A stretch of 64,000 nucleotides of DNA from a virus. The notes under the pieces were generated by a model that was given only the letters and a program-made list of their open reading frames with translations, did not search any database and was not told where the DNA came from. The DNA lies in IMG/VR virus record IMGVR_UViG_3300032242_001844; one strand, given 5' to 3'. This document shows positions 37,614-46,995 of the stretch, piece by piece. A program made the translations under genes and the position numbers. Position 1 is the first letter of the stretch. The number at the start of each line of letters is the position of its first letter.

Positions 37614-38386
37614 GCTGTAATTAATTTTGGGTAGTAAATCTGCCCAATATTTTCTTCTGCCCTTCCACGAGGATGGCATACATAACGAATACCATCTATC
37701 ACTTCATCATATGCTTTGTGGACATGCCCAAAGCACCAAGTACTAATTTTCTTATTGGTATTTGCGTTTAATACTAAACTCATTAAACTATTACCTGCTC
37801 GTCCCATATGGTAAAATTCCATTTCTGGATTAATATATCTAAATTTTTGCATAGGACTAGTATGCGTAACAACAACTATATTGCCAATGCGTGGATCATT
37901 GTTGAAAGTTTCAACTTGATTTAGCAAAGTTTGTGCTTCTAATTTTGCAGTAATAAAAATTTCACTTTGTAGCGATTCATGGTAAACACTGTTTAATAAT
38001 CCATCCCAACAATCTGCAGTTGAAACTTCTGGTTGACAGAAATCATAAGTCCACCACCCATTACAGCCAACAAATGCAGTGTCATCTAACACTATGCAGC
38101 TTTTATATAAAAATGTTATATTGCGATACAGCGATAGTCGTTCTTGAAACTTTACACAATTTTCTGCAATATTTGTTTGGTGGTTATGTTCATGATTTCC
38201 ATCTACAAAAATAACATGGCGATAATGTTGACCAATCTCAAGCAGCGTATTAAAACTATAATCCCAATTATTGCTTATATCACCTGCAACCACTGCTACT
38301 AAACTAGTTCCTAGACCTTTGTAGTTTAATAATTGATCTTTTGGCCACCAATTATCATGTAAATCACTGTATAAATCAAAATGCAT
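37610..38386 (-). CDS. calcineurin-like metallophosphoesterase
   Basis: SDLH, AGD, GNHE, TH, FGHVH, HPRG. Confidence 0.88.
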   Translation of the reverse strand: MHFDLYSDLHDNWWPKDQLLNYKGLGTSLVAVVAGDISNNWDYSFNTLLEIGQHYRHVIFVDGNHEHNHQTNIAENCVKFQERLSLYRNITFLYKSCIVLDDTAFVGCNGWWTYDFCQPEVSTADCWDGLLNSVYHESLQSEIFITAKLEAQTLLNQVETFNNDPRIGNIVVVTHTSPMQKFRYINPEMEFYHMGRAGNSLMSLVLNANTNKKISTWCFGHVHKAYDEVIDGIRYVCHPRGRAEENIGQIYYPKLITA

Positions 38387-38424
38387 TTTTTTGTTCTCTA
38401 TTTTAATTATGAATATATAATGGT

Positions 38425-38784
38425 ATGAACATAATTTTTGACCCAAATATAGCCAAAGAATTGGCAGACAAGTACACAGTTTTAGAATTAGATACTGTTA
38501 TTCAACCAAACATGACAGAGCCGTTGACTCTTTATGCAGTGATTGAAATTAACAATATTGGTGATATAGCTACACTTAGTTTCTTTCGCGAATTGCATAA
38601 AGATATGGTAGCAGCGTATAAATCTAGTGTATGGGACAAAGCTATTGAATTTGCAACAACTCTCAAGGGACAATTTTCTGGAGAACTTGACGAATTTTAT
38701 GATTTAGTTATTGACTTTTCTACAGAATCTGCTAAATTAAATAGTACATGGAATGGCGTAAAGCACACCGTTCCAAAAGAATAA
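38425..38784 (+). CDS. hypothetical protein
   Basis: 119-aa ORF, YTVLELDT motif. Confidence 0.6.
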   Translation: MNIIFDPNIAKELADKYTVLELDTVIQPNMTEPLTLYAVIEINNIGDIATLSFFRELHKDMVAAYKSSVWDKAIEFATTLKGQFSGELDEFYDLVIDFSTESAKLNSTWNGVKHTVPKE

Positions 38785-38785
38785 A

Positions 38786-38860
38786 GCCCAAATAGCACAG
38801 CGGTAGTGCAATCGCCTTGTAAGCGATAGGTCGGGAGTTCAATCCTCTCTTTGGGCACCA
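38786..38860 (+). tRNA. tRNA-Thr(UGU)
   Basis: Full cloverleaf GCCCAAA/TTTGGGC, anticodon loop CT-TGT-AA, TTCAATC loop, encoded CCA. Confidence 0.95.
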
Positions 38861-38878
38861 TTAACTTTGGGGAATAAA

Positions 38879-39688
38879 ATGAGTCGTTATTGGTCTGAAA
38901 CTAAAATAGTTGATTGGCTTCGTAAAAAGTTTGGTATTGATAAACCAGTGGCTCTTGAATGGGGCGCTTGGTCAGTGTGGAAGCGTGAAACTAAAGCTGC
39001 ACATCCTGTTGGGTATTGGGTAACTGAAACTCTTCCTCGTATCATTGATAAAATTGATCAAAACACAGTTGGTCATATTGATAATGCTCGGTATTATCTA
39101 CGCAATCGTTTTTGGCGTCAAACTCATATTCTTCCAACAGGATTAACAATTGGTGAATATCATGATTTAGATGGTCGTATCCTTCATGGTATCATGCAAG
39201 GCATTGTTGATTATGTCGAAAAGGAAGTTGCATGGAAAAGTCGTTGGATGAGCACAGAAGAAAGCAAGAAAGCTGTGTGGAAAAATGGTCGTTGTCCCGA
39301 ACTTGGTTTAGAATATTTAAAATGGGAAATGGGACTGCTTTACGATGAATCATGGGGAATGGAACCAGACCATGAAAAGTTTGGCACATTAACTGATCAA
39401 GCACAACGAGCCATTGATGTAATGAAAATTTATATCTGGTGGAAGTTTGATCGTCCAAAGCGTCCTGACCCACATGATGCAAGTGGTTGGAGCCAGTATT
39501 GCGATGATATGCGTGACAAGTATGGCGAAGATCATATATTTGAAAGTCGTGAAAAAGAAACTCCAGAAGAACGAGCGCGTAGTCGTGCGGCATTAGATAA
39601 GACACATGAAATTGAAGCAGCATATGATGCAGAAGATACTGCTATGTTGATGAAGGTAATTGAAATCCGTAAAGGACTTTGGACATAA
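38879..39688 (+). CDS. conserved phage hypothetical protein (Trp-rich)
   Basis: GGGGA RBS; long ORF. Confidence 0.75.
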   Translation: MSRYWSETKIVDWLRKKFGIDKPVALEWGAWSVWKRETKAAHPVGYWVTETLPRIIDKIDQNTVGHIDNARYYLRNRFWRQTHILPTGLTIGEYHDLDGRILHGIMQGIVDYVEKEVAWKSRWMSTEESKKAVWKNGRCPELGLEYLKWEMGLLYDESWGMEPDHEKFGTLTDQAQRAIDVMKIYIWWKFDRPKRPDPHDASGWSQYCDDMRDKYGEDHIFESREKETPEERARSRAALDKTHEIEAAYDAEDTAMLMKVIEIRKGLWT

Positions 39689-39690
39689 TT

Positions 39691-39767
39691 GCGACCTTAG
39701 CTTAACGGTTAAAGCGGGTGTCTCTAAAACACCGACAATGTGGGTTCAAATCCCATAGGACGCACCA
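39691..39767 (+). tRNA. amber suppressor tRNA (anticodon CUA)
   Basis: GCGACCT/AGGACGC acceptor (one A:A mismatch), D arm GCTT/AAGC, GGTGT-CTCTAAA-ACACC, GTGGG-TTCAAAT-CCCAT, ACCA. Confidence 0.9.
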
Positions 39768-39789
39768 AATATTTAAAAAGGAAAAGAAA

Positions 39790-39969
39790 ATGAAAATTAC
39801 TAAAGCAGAAGTTAAAGTTAATCCAGAAACATTTCAACCAGTTATTGCATTTGAAGGTTATCTTACTATGGAATTGGCGAAAGAAAATGCTATGACCGAA
39901 GAAGAAGCTACTATTAATCTTGGAAAAAATTTAACAGAACAAATCCAAAAATTATTAAATACCAAATGA
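39790..39969 (+). CDS. small hypothetical protein (MKITKAEV...)
   Basis: AAGGA RBS; start trimmed so that it does not overlap the tRNA. Confidence 0.65.
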   Translation: MKITKAEVKVNPETFQPVIAFEGYLTMELAKENAMTEEEATINLGKNLTEQIQKLLNTK

Positions 39970-40124
39970 AATCAACAGCACGACATGTAGGCAGCGTAAA
40001 TTTGCGAGGCAAAAAATCTCTTACTTTACGCTGTCGCTGCTGTGAAGCACAGAACTTTAAAGATCGTGAACTAAAGCGTGAACACCTAAAACAAATTAAA
40101 CAGGAGAAAGAAAATATGTCATAG
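39966..40124 (+). CDS. small Cys-containing basic protein (52 aa, ends in TAG)
   Basis: ATGA coupled; MKSTARH...CRCC...ENMS*; below the ORF-track cutoff. Confidence 0.6.
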   Translation: MKSTARHVGSVNLRGKKSLTLRCRCCEAQNFKDRELKREHLKQIKQEKENMS

Positions 40125-40703
40125 GTAGAATTAGCATGTAAAGAAGCAGTGTTTCATTTTAACAAGAAACATTTAGAAGACCCAACAATCCCAATGTGGA
40201 TTATTATGGCCAAAGGCAAAACATATTATGTTGACCATGTTGAAGCCAACTTGCCTTGGACCACGAAAGAAACTCCAACCAATGTAAAAACCAAAGGCGC
40301 AATCAAGTTTAAAGATTGCCTTGTCACAATTGATGGTGATAATTGTGCAAAACTTACTGTTCTCACCAAAGCAGATGCGGCAAGGTTGCGCAACGCAGAG
40401 CGTGGCATTACTCGTATTATTACCAAATTTGGTGCATCACTTACCGAAGTATTAAACTCTCTTGACATCAAACATACACCTATTAAACGCATAGGTGGTG
40501 GATGTGGCAGTAGTTTTTATATCACTGATATTATGAAAGAAGAAGATATGACGCTGCTTTCAATATCAATGATTGGAAAAGGTGACTTTCGTATTCTTAT
40601 ACCAAATGAAGCATATTATGGTTGGTACGATAATGGCAATGCAGATGATATGGACGAAGATGAAAAATTATATGATTATGATGACGATGATGAATATGCT
40701 TGA
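40116..40703 (+). CDS. conserved phage protein with in-frame TAG at codon 3 (amber-readthrough candidate)
   Basis: AGGAGA RBS then ATG TCA TAG GTA GAA TTA GCA TGT AAA GAA GCA GTG..., in frame with ORF 40149-40703. Confidence 0.65.
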
Positions 40704-40731
40704 CACACAATATTAAATATTCTACAATAGA

Positions 40732-40932
40732 TTTTTAACGGTGGCACGGCTGTGCTAAAAGGTTGGAGCGAGTATAACTAAAAACCGTCTGTGAAGGCTG
40801 CAGACCATATCGGGCGGACTGGACAGGTGCGAGACCTGTAGAGGGTAATGGTGTTTGTGTCAGACAATTGAAAACCTAAAATTTTAGGCCAAACTAAAAC
40901 CATCGTGGGGATAGCAACCCACCCGTTAAAAA
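40732..40932 (+). ncRNA. structured tRNA-like ncRNA (unassigned)
   Basis: Terminal TTTTTAACGG/CCGTTAAAAA stem, D-like GCAC/GTGC hairpin, T-like GTGGG/CCCAC hairpin, internal hairpins, own TTGACA promoter. Confidence 0.6.
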
Positions 40933-40988
40933 ACTATTGACAAACCGCAGACTATATAGTATATTAAAAGAATAAACAGAGAGAGTAT

Positions 40989-41186
40989 ATGACAATGTTG
41001 ATCATGGGATACAAAGGCAAGCCAGATTGGACCAAGGTCCGTGCTTCGTTTAAGCGTTGCACAGAGTTGCAAACGCATGAAATTGAAAAGATTGTCAAAA
41101 ATGTCAAAGATGGCAAAACAGAAACCATTCCGAATGATCACACTCTTTATGACGATTTGAAAGAACTAGGTATCATTCTTAAGTAA
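40989..41186 (+). CDS. small hypothetical protein
   Basis: Own TTGACA...TATATT promoter, GAGAG RBS. Confidence 0.65.
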   Translation: MTMLIMGYKGKPDWTKVRASFKRCTELQTHEIEKIVKNVKDGKTETIPNDHTLYDDLKELGIILK

Positions 41187-41215
41187 GATTATGCTGAATT
41201 TCCACTAAATATTAG

Positions 41216-41935
41216 GTGGAGTTCAGCATGATTAATACGGATTACTGGTTAAAAATTCAACAAACTATTGACCCTAATAGATGGCTTGAACAAGCACAAG
41301 CAAAATTTGATATTATAGACAAGCTTTTTTCAAGTCTAGATATATCTCCTCGTACTATCTTGCTAACTTCTTTTAACCCAATTGTTATATTGCTAGAAAA
41401 TCATTATGATTGTATTGTTGTAGCAGACCAAAGTTTAAAATATTCTTGGCAGTCTAACAGCGAATTTGTTGATAGTATAAATGATATTAAAGAAAAAGTT
41501 GATGTATGTCTTGCGCTAGATGAATATTTTACCTACGCCGAAACAGAACAGGATCAACGAGATTTACTTGAAAATATTAAAGCAGTGACAAATGGTTATG
41601 TTGTAACCACTTTGCAAGATTATAAAAATAGTGCACCGCATAAGAGAAATCAAGTTGAAGCTATTACAACTTATGGAACAACAGAGTCAATAATTTTAGA
41701 TCAAAATATACTAGATAAAAATAATAGGCAGAACTGGAAAAACTATATATACTATATAGAAAACCACAAAGATTTAACAGTTCTTGGCCCAGAAAACCGC
41801 CGCACTATGTATTTTAAACAATTGGCAAAATACAGCAGTGATTTAAACGGCAGTGATTATGTAATACAGAAGAATCTGTTATATCGTGGATTTTTTAAAA
41901 AGAACTACGAGCACATTATCACACTTAGGTTTTAA
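41216..41935 (+). CDS. hypothetical protein (degenerate Rossmann/methyltransferase-like)
   Basis: D.CLALDEYFTYA pattern; start may be 41228. Confidence 0.5.
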   Translation: MEFSMINTDYWLKIQQTIDPNRWLEQAQAKFDIIDKLFSSLDISPRTILLTSFNPIVILLENHYDCIVVADQSLKYSWQSNSEFVDSINDIKEKVDVCLALDEYFTYAETEQDQRDLLENIKAVTNGYVVTTLQDYKNSAPHKRNQVEAITTYGTTESIILDQNILDKNNRQNWKNYIYYIENHKDLTVLGPENRRTMYFKQLAKYSSDLNGSDYVIQKNLLYRGFFKKNYEHIITLRF

Positions 41936-41937
41936 AC

Positions 41938-43125
41938 TTGGTAAACTTACAAATTGAACAAACCATTGCAGCTAGTGTAAAAGCCAATGTAGAACAGTAT
42001 CTGCAAACTGTTAACTTAGATCAAATCGTTGCAGAAACACTTGAAAAACAAGTTAGCAATGTTATTTTAAACTTAACTACTAGAATATTAGGTGACATTG
42101 TTAGTAAACGAGATTTACAAAGCGAAGTCACCTCGCTTATAAAAAATATATTAGCTGACCAATTATTAACTTTTGGAACAAATCAAGTTACAACAACAAT
42201 ACAGTCTGCTGATATTAATAGTTTAATATTAAGCAGTGTAAAAAATGAAGTGCATCGTGTTGCTGATAGCTATGAATTTCCAGAAACAAGTATTCCATTT
42301 AGCAGTATCAATTTAGAAAAAGCAATAATTCCTGCTTCAAAAATAGATGCAGGAAAAATAAAAGTGTTCAATAGTACTGGTATTGAAGACCAATCATCAA
42401 CAACTCAGTTAGTTATAACTGATGAAGGTATTATTACTACTAATAATATCACTGCTGCAAATTTATTAGTTGATGATAATACATTTCTTAAAAATGTAAC
42501 CATTGAAGGCAATTTAATATTAGATGGAACAATATCATCTACCGAAACGCTTGATAGATATATTAAAGCCATAGCCAATGGCGCTGCAGTAGAGATTGTT
42601 GACAGAAATAATCAAAATAACATTGATTTGACTAATCGTAGTATTACGCAACAAGATAGAATAATTCTAAGTGAAAATTCTCTTGGTCCACAAATTATCA
42701 ACAGCAATCTTAGAAAAGTAGGAAACCTAACTGAATTAGTAGTAAGCGGTCAAGCTAGTATTGCAGAAACATTGACAGTTACGGATAAACGAGTTGGAAT
42801 CAATACAGAAGAAGCGCGTGGCGCTCTTACAGTATGGGATGAAGATAGTGAATTTACACTCGTAAAACACTCGCCAAAAAATATATTTGCTGGCAGCACT
42901 AGAATGTCAGATGTTACACTTGGCAGCAATAACCAACCACAGATTAAACTAAAAACTACTGGTGATATTGAAATAAACGGCAGAATCAGATTATCTGGAT
43001 TAGTAATAAGTGTAGTTGATAGAATACCTGAACGAGTTGGTGAACCTGGAGAAATTGCAATACTCATCGATGGCAGTGCTATATACAGATGTCATGGTCA
43101 AACTAGTTGGGGGAAGATTCTATGA
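41938..43125 (+). CDS. putative virion/tail-associated protein
   Basis: SNLRKVGNLTEL.V.G and RVGINTE motifs typical of fibre-like proteins. Confidence 0.55.
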   Translation: MVNLQIEQTIAASVKANVEQYLQTVNLDQIVAETLEKQVSNVILNLTTRILGDIVSKRDLQSEVTSLIKNILADQLLTFGTNQVTTTIQSADINSLILSSVKNEVHRVADSYEFPETSIPFSSINLEKAIIPASKIDAGKIKVFNSTGIEDQSSTTQLVITDEGIITTNNITAANLLVDDNTFLKNVTIEGNLILDGTISSTETLDRYIKAIANGAAVEIVDRNNQNNIDLTNRSITQQDRIILSENSLGPQIINSNLRKVGNLTELVVSGQASIAETLTVTDKRVGINTEEARGALTVWDEDSEFTLVKHSPKNIFAGSTRMSDVTLGSNNQPQIKLKTTGDIEINGRIRLSGLVISVVDRIPERVGEPGEIAILIDGSAIYRCHGQTSWGKIL

Positions 43126-43232
43126 AACGCATTTTTAAATGGATTTATAATATTTTTGATGATATGATGTACAAATATAAGCGTCGTAAGTTGCTTAAGG
43201 AACTTAAGAAACGCGATCCATTTGTATATTGA
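43122..43232 (+). CDS. 36-aa basic peptide (MKRIFKW...KKRDPFVY)
   Basis: ATGA coupled; ends just before the RBS of the carbamoyltransferase. Confidence 0.6.
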   Translation: MKRIFKWIYNIFDDMMYKYKRRKLLKELKKRDPFVY

Positions 43233-43238
43233 GGAAAA

Positions 43239-44702
43239 ATGTTATTAGGTATCAATGCTAACAACCATGATGCAAGTATTGCTCTTGTTGACGGGTCTAA
43301 CATTCTTTTTGCGGGTCACGCTGAGCGGTATAGCAGATTAAAAAATGATCCGCATCTTAATGAGGCACTCATTGATGATGCGCTACAATATGGCATACCA
43401 GATAGAATAGTATGGTATGAACAGCCATGGAAACGCACGGTTCGCAATCTTATAAGTGGTCAGCGTCCGCTACATTACAACTTAAAATCATATCTTAAAA
43501 AATATGGATTAGGTAAAATACCAGTGATCACTACGCCGCATCATGGCGCACATGCTGCTATGGGATACTATACCAGTGAATTTCCTGATGCTGCTATTGT
43601 GGTAATTGATGCTATTGGCGAACTAGATTGCACTTCAATATGGCGTGGTCGTGGTCATAAACTTGACAAAGTTTGGCACAATGTTTATCCACAGAGCATT
43701 GGACTATTTTACAGTGCTATTACTGATTACCTTGGGTTTAAGCCAAATGAAGAAGAATATATTGTCATGGGCATGGCAGCATATGGCGAACCAAAACATC
43801 TTAAAGAAATGCTCAATGAGTTCTTTGGTGTATGGTCGCCACCTAATGTAGAGTTCAAACACAATCTGCATCGGGGTATGCGTTGGTGGAAAACGCCTGA
43901 TGAAAATGGTTGGAAGCCTGAAGATATTGCAGCTACTGCTCAAGCAATATATGAACAATATCTAATGGCAATTTGTCGCTATGCTCGTGAAGTGATTGGT
44001 AGCAATAATCTTGTATTGGTAGGTGGTTGCGCACTTAATTGTGTAGCAAACAGTAGATTAAAAACATTTACTGAATTTAATAAGATATGGGTGCCACCAA
44101 ATACTAGTGATGCTGGTTTAGGTTTAGGTGCAATTACCTATCATACCAAGAAGCATGTGCACATGAACCATGCGTTTCTTGGTTATAATATTGATCGCAA
44201 AGTAGATGTCCGTGCAGTAGTTGATGCACTGGAAGCAGGACAAGTTGTTGGTATTGCCAATGGTCGTGCAGAGTTTGGTCCTCGTGCGTTAGGTAATCGT
44301 TCGCTGCTTGCAGACCCTCGTGGTGGCGATGTAAAAGATCGTGTTAATGCAATTAAGAAGCGCGAACCATTTCGCCCATTTGCACCAATTATATTGAAAC
44401 CTTGGTTTAGCGAATACTTTTACAGCAAGATGCGAGTAGACCATGACTATATGCAATATGCAGATGCATGTCTTTCTCCCCAAGATTTTCCAGCAATTTG
44501 TCATGTAGACGGAACTTCTCGTGTTCAAACAATTGATCATCCTACTCCAAGCATCGTGTACAAGATATTAGAAGCATGGTATTCAAGAACTCGTTGTCCG
44601 ATGTTGTTGAATACTAGCCTTAATGTTAAAGGTGAACCGCTGGTAAACACATGGGAAGATGCCCAAAAATTTAATAATTTGCATAATATTCCTGTATTTT
44701 AA
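43239..44702 (+). CDS. O-carbamoyltransferase (NodU/CmcH family)
   Basis: HDAS, ERYSR.K, HH.AH, MGMAAYG, GGCALNC, EFGPRALGNRS, KRE.FRPFAP, HVDGTSRVQT, NTSLN. Confidence 0.93.
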   Translation: MLLGINANNHDASIALVDGSNILFAGHAERYSRLKNDPHLNEALIDDALQYGIPDRIVWYEQPWKRTVRNLISGQRPLHYNLKSYLKKYGLGKIPVITTPHHGAHAAMGYYTSEFPDAAIVVIDAIGELDCTSIWRGRGHKLDKVWHNVYPQSIGLFYSAITDYLGFKPNEEEYIVMGMAAYGEPKHLKEMLNEFFGVWSPPNVEFKHNLHRGMRWWKTPDENGWKPEDIAATAQAIYEQYLMAICRYAREVIGSNNLVLVGGCALNCVANSRLKTFTEFNKIWVPPNTSDAGLGLGAITYHTKKHVHMNHAFLGYNIDRKVDVRAVVDALEAGQVVGIANGRAEFGPRALGNRSLLADPRGGDVKDRVNAIKKREPFRPFAPIILKPWFSEYFYSKMRVDHDYMQYADACLSPQDFPAICHVDGTSRVQTIDHPTPSIVYKILEAWYSRTRCPMLLNTSLNVKGEPLVNTWEDAQKFNNLHNIPVF

Positions 44703-44739
44703 TGCTTGACAATGTATAAATCTGTGTTATATTATTAAT

Positions 44740-45765
44740 ATGACCCAAAAACGAATCGGCTTTTGCTGCAAATGGATTGACACCGTGGATCAACTTGATG
44801 GCTTCAAGCCTAAAGATGATGCATTAAACTATAACAACAAAACCACCACAGTAGCTTGGTTAAACCGTCAAACCAAAGCGGTTGCTGAGCAGCGGTTGTG
44901 GGATATTATGGAGCACAACACTAATGCTACACTCAATTTGGTCAATCGTGTGGGACTATTGGACCCAAAACTTCGAATGGTGCGTCTTAGTAGTGACATT
45001 TTCCCTGTGTACACTGAGCCAACTTGGAGCTATTTCTATCGTCGTCCAGACACTCTTGCTGCCATCGAAAAGCGATTGGCCCGAATTGGAGAAAGTGCTA
45101 AACTTCACGGTGTCCGTATTAGTTTTCATCCAGGCCAGTTTTGTGTGCTTGGTAGCGACAGAGAAGATGTTATTACAAATTCAATCGCAGAATTTGAGTA
45201 TCATACTGATATGGCTAGATGGATGGGCTATGGGAATAGCTGGCATGATTTCGGTTTTAAGATCAATGTCCATATTGCGGGACGGCGAGGTGCAGAAGGA
45301 GTTCGCCAAGTCGTTGATAGACTTTCACGCGAGGCCAGAAACCTTATCACAATAGAAAACGAGGAATACTCATATGGACTTGATGCTTGTCTTGCTTTGG
45401 GTGATATCTTGCCTATCGTTTTTGATACGCATCATCACTGGATTCATAGTGGAGAATACATCTCTCCAACTGACGACCGTATTAAAATGGTCAAAGAGAG
45501 TTGGCGTGGTGTCCGCCCTTCTCTTCATTACTCTCTTAGTCGTGAATCTATGGGTATCTCTGATGCTAGTAGACCTGACTTATCCACACTAATGGAAAGT
45601 GGTCACAAGAAAGGTACACTTCGTGCGCATAGTGATTTTATGTGGAACAGTTCAGTCAATAACTATATTGGCGAACTATGGAACGATTTTGATATCCAGG
45701 TAGAAGCAAAGGCTAAAAACCTTGCTAGTTTTAAATTGCACGAAGAATTAACCAAAGGAAAATAA
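44740..45765 (+). CDS. uvsE: UV-damage endonuclease
   Basis: RIGFCC, RLSSD, SFHPGQF, NVH, IENE, D.HHH, HYS, AHSD, EAKAK. Confidence 0.9.
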   Translation: MTQKRIGFCCKWIDTVDQLDGFKPKDDALNYNNKTTTVAWLNRQTKAVAEQRLWDIMEHNTNATLNLVNRVGLLDPKLRMVRLSSDIFPVYTEPTWSYFYRRPDTLAAIEKRLARIGESAKLHGVRISFHPGQFCVLGSDREDVITNSIAEFEYHTDMARWMGYGNSWHDFGFKINVHIAGRRGAEGVRQVVDRLSREARNLITIENEEYSYGLDACLALGDILPIVFDTHHHWIHSGEYISPTDDRIKMVKESWRGVRPSLHYSLSRESMGISDASRPDLSTLMESGHKKGTLRAHSDFMWNSSVNNYIGELWNDFDIQVEAKAKNLASFKLHEELTKGK

Positions 45766-46857
45766 ATGAGTTATCTGTTTACTAGTGAAAGCGTAAGTGA
45801 AGGACATCCAGATAAAGTTGCTGATGCTATCAGTGATGCGGTTTTGGATTTAATGATGGCACCGCAGGATAAATCTTATCGTTGTGCGTGTGAAACACTT
45901 GTTACCACCAACCAGGTTGTAATTGCAGGTGAATATAAAGGTGAACTTGATCGTCACTTGGTTGAGGCAACTGTTATCAATACTATTCGTAATATTGGAT
46001 ATGAGCAAAGTGGATTTGATTGGCGCACTGTTGAAATTCTCAACCTAATGCATGGTCAAAGTGCAGACATTGCACTAGGTACTGATACATTTGGTGCTGG
46101 CGATCAGGGCTTGATGTTTGGTTATGCGTCTAATGAAACACCAAACTTTATGCCAAGTGCTATTCATTATAGCCATGAAGTTGTAAAGGCACTTACTGAA
46201 CATCGTAACAGCGGTCGTGATTGGCTTGGTCCAGATGCCAAGAGCCAAATTACCGTTGAATACAATGATGATAGCAATCCATTCCGCATTGACAAGGTAG
46301 TTTGCTCTACACAGCATAGCGAAAACACAGATATGCATACGGTTCGAACTCGTGTAGAGCAACTTATTCGCAGTGTTCTTCCTGATCGTTTAGTAGATAC
46401 TCGCACCGAGTTTCATATTAATCCCACTGGACGATTTGTTATTGGTGGTCCAGATGGTGATACTGGTCTGACTGGTCGTAAGATTATTGTTGATACTTAC
46501 GGTGGTTCTGCTCCTCATGGCGGCGGTGCGTTTAGTGGCAAAGACCCAACTAAGGTTGATAGGTCTGCTGCTTATATGATGCGTTATCTTGCCAAGAATA
46601 TTGTAGCAAGTGGTCGTGCAGATTGGGCAACGGTTCAGGTATCCTATGCGATTGGTCTTGAACAGCCAATGAGTTTCTATGTTGAAAGTAATGGCGATAG
46701 CCGTGGTCTAACTAAGTGGATTCGTGACAATGTTGATCTAACTCCACTTGGTATTATCAACAAGTTTGACCTGTTCCGTCCTATCTATAGTTCTACTACA
46801 AACTATGGTCACTTTGGTAAAGATGGATTGCCATGGGAAACGGTTGATCTTTTCTAA
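45766..46857 (+). CDS. metK: S-adenosylmethionine synthetase
   Basis: FTSESVSEGHPDK, GAGDQG, GLTGRKIIVDTYGG, GGGAFSGKDPTKVDRS. Confidence 0.97.
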   Translation: MSYLFTSESVSEGHPDKVADAISDAVLDLMMAPQDKSYRCACETLVTTNQVVIAGEYKGELDRHLVEATVINTIRNIGYEQSGFDWRTVEILNLMHGQSADIALGTDTFGAGDQGLMFGYASNETPNFMPSAIHYSHEVVKALTEHRNSGRDWLGPDAKSQITVEYNDDSNPFRIDKVVCSTQHSENTDMHTVRTRVEQLIRSVLPDRLVDTRTEFHINPTGRFVIGGPDGDTGLTGRKIIVDTYGGSAPHGGGAFSGKDPTKVDRSAAYMMRYLAKNIVASGRADWATVQVSYAIGLEQPMSFYVESNGDSRGLTKWIRDNVDLTPLGIINKFDLFRPIYSSTTNYGHFGKDGLPWETVDLF

Positions 46858-46866
46858 AATAATATA

Positions 46867-46913
46867 TTGACATGTTTGCTGCACTGCGGTATAAATATAT
46901 GCAGTGCAGCAAA
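46867..46913 (+). promoter_or_regulatory. promoter with 13-bp inverted repeat (PhaR-like operator)
   Basis: TTGACA-17-TATAAA; TTTGCTGCACTGC (46875-46887) and GCAGTGCAGCAAA (46901-46913) flank the -10 box. Confidence 0.65.
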
Positions 46914-46995
46914 GGAAGTAATGATGCAACCATACACTGTAGATGAATTAGAATTTATTAACCGTGGCGCAACCGCCACTACAAAGGAGACTGAA

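Noticed and set aside
39718-39789. N-terminal extension of ORF 39718-39969
   Set aside because: It overlaps the suppressor tRNA; ATG 39790 has an RBS.
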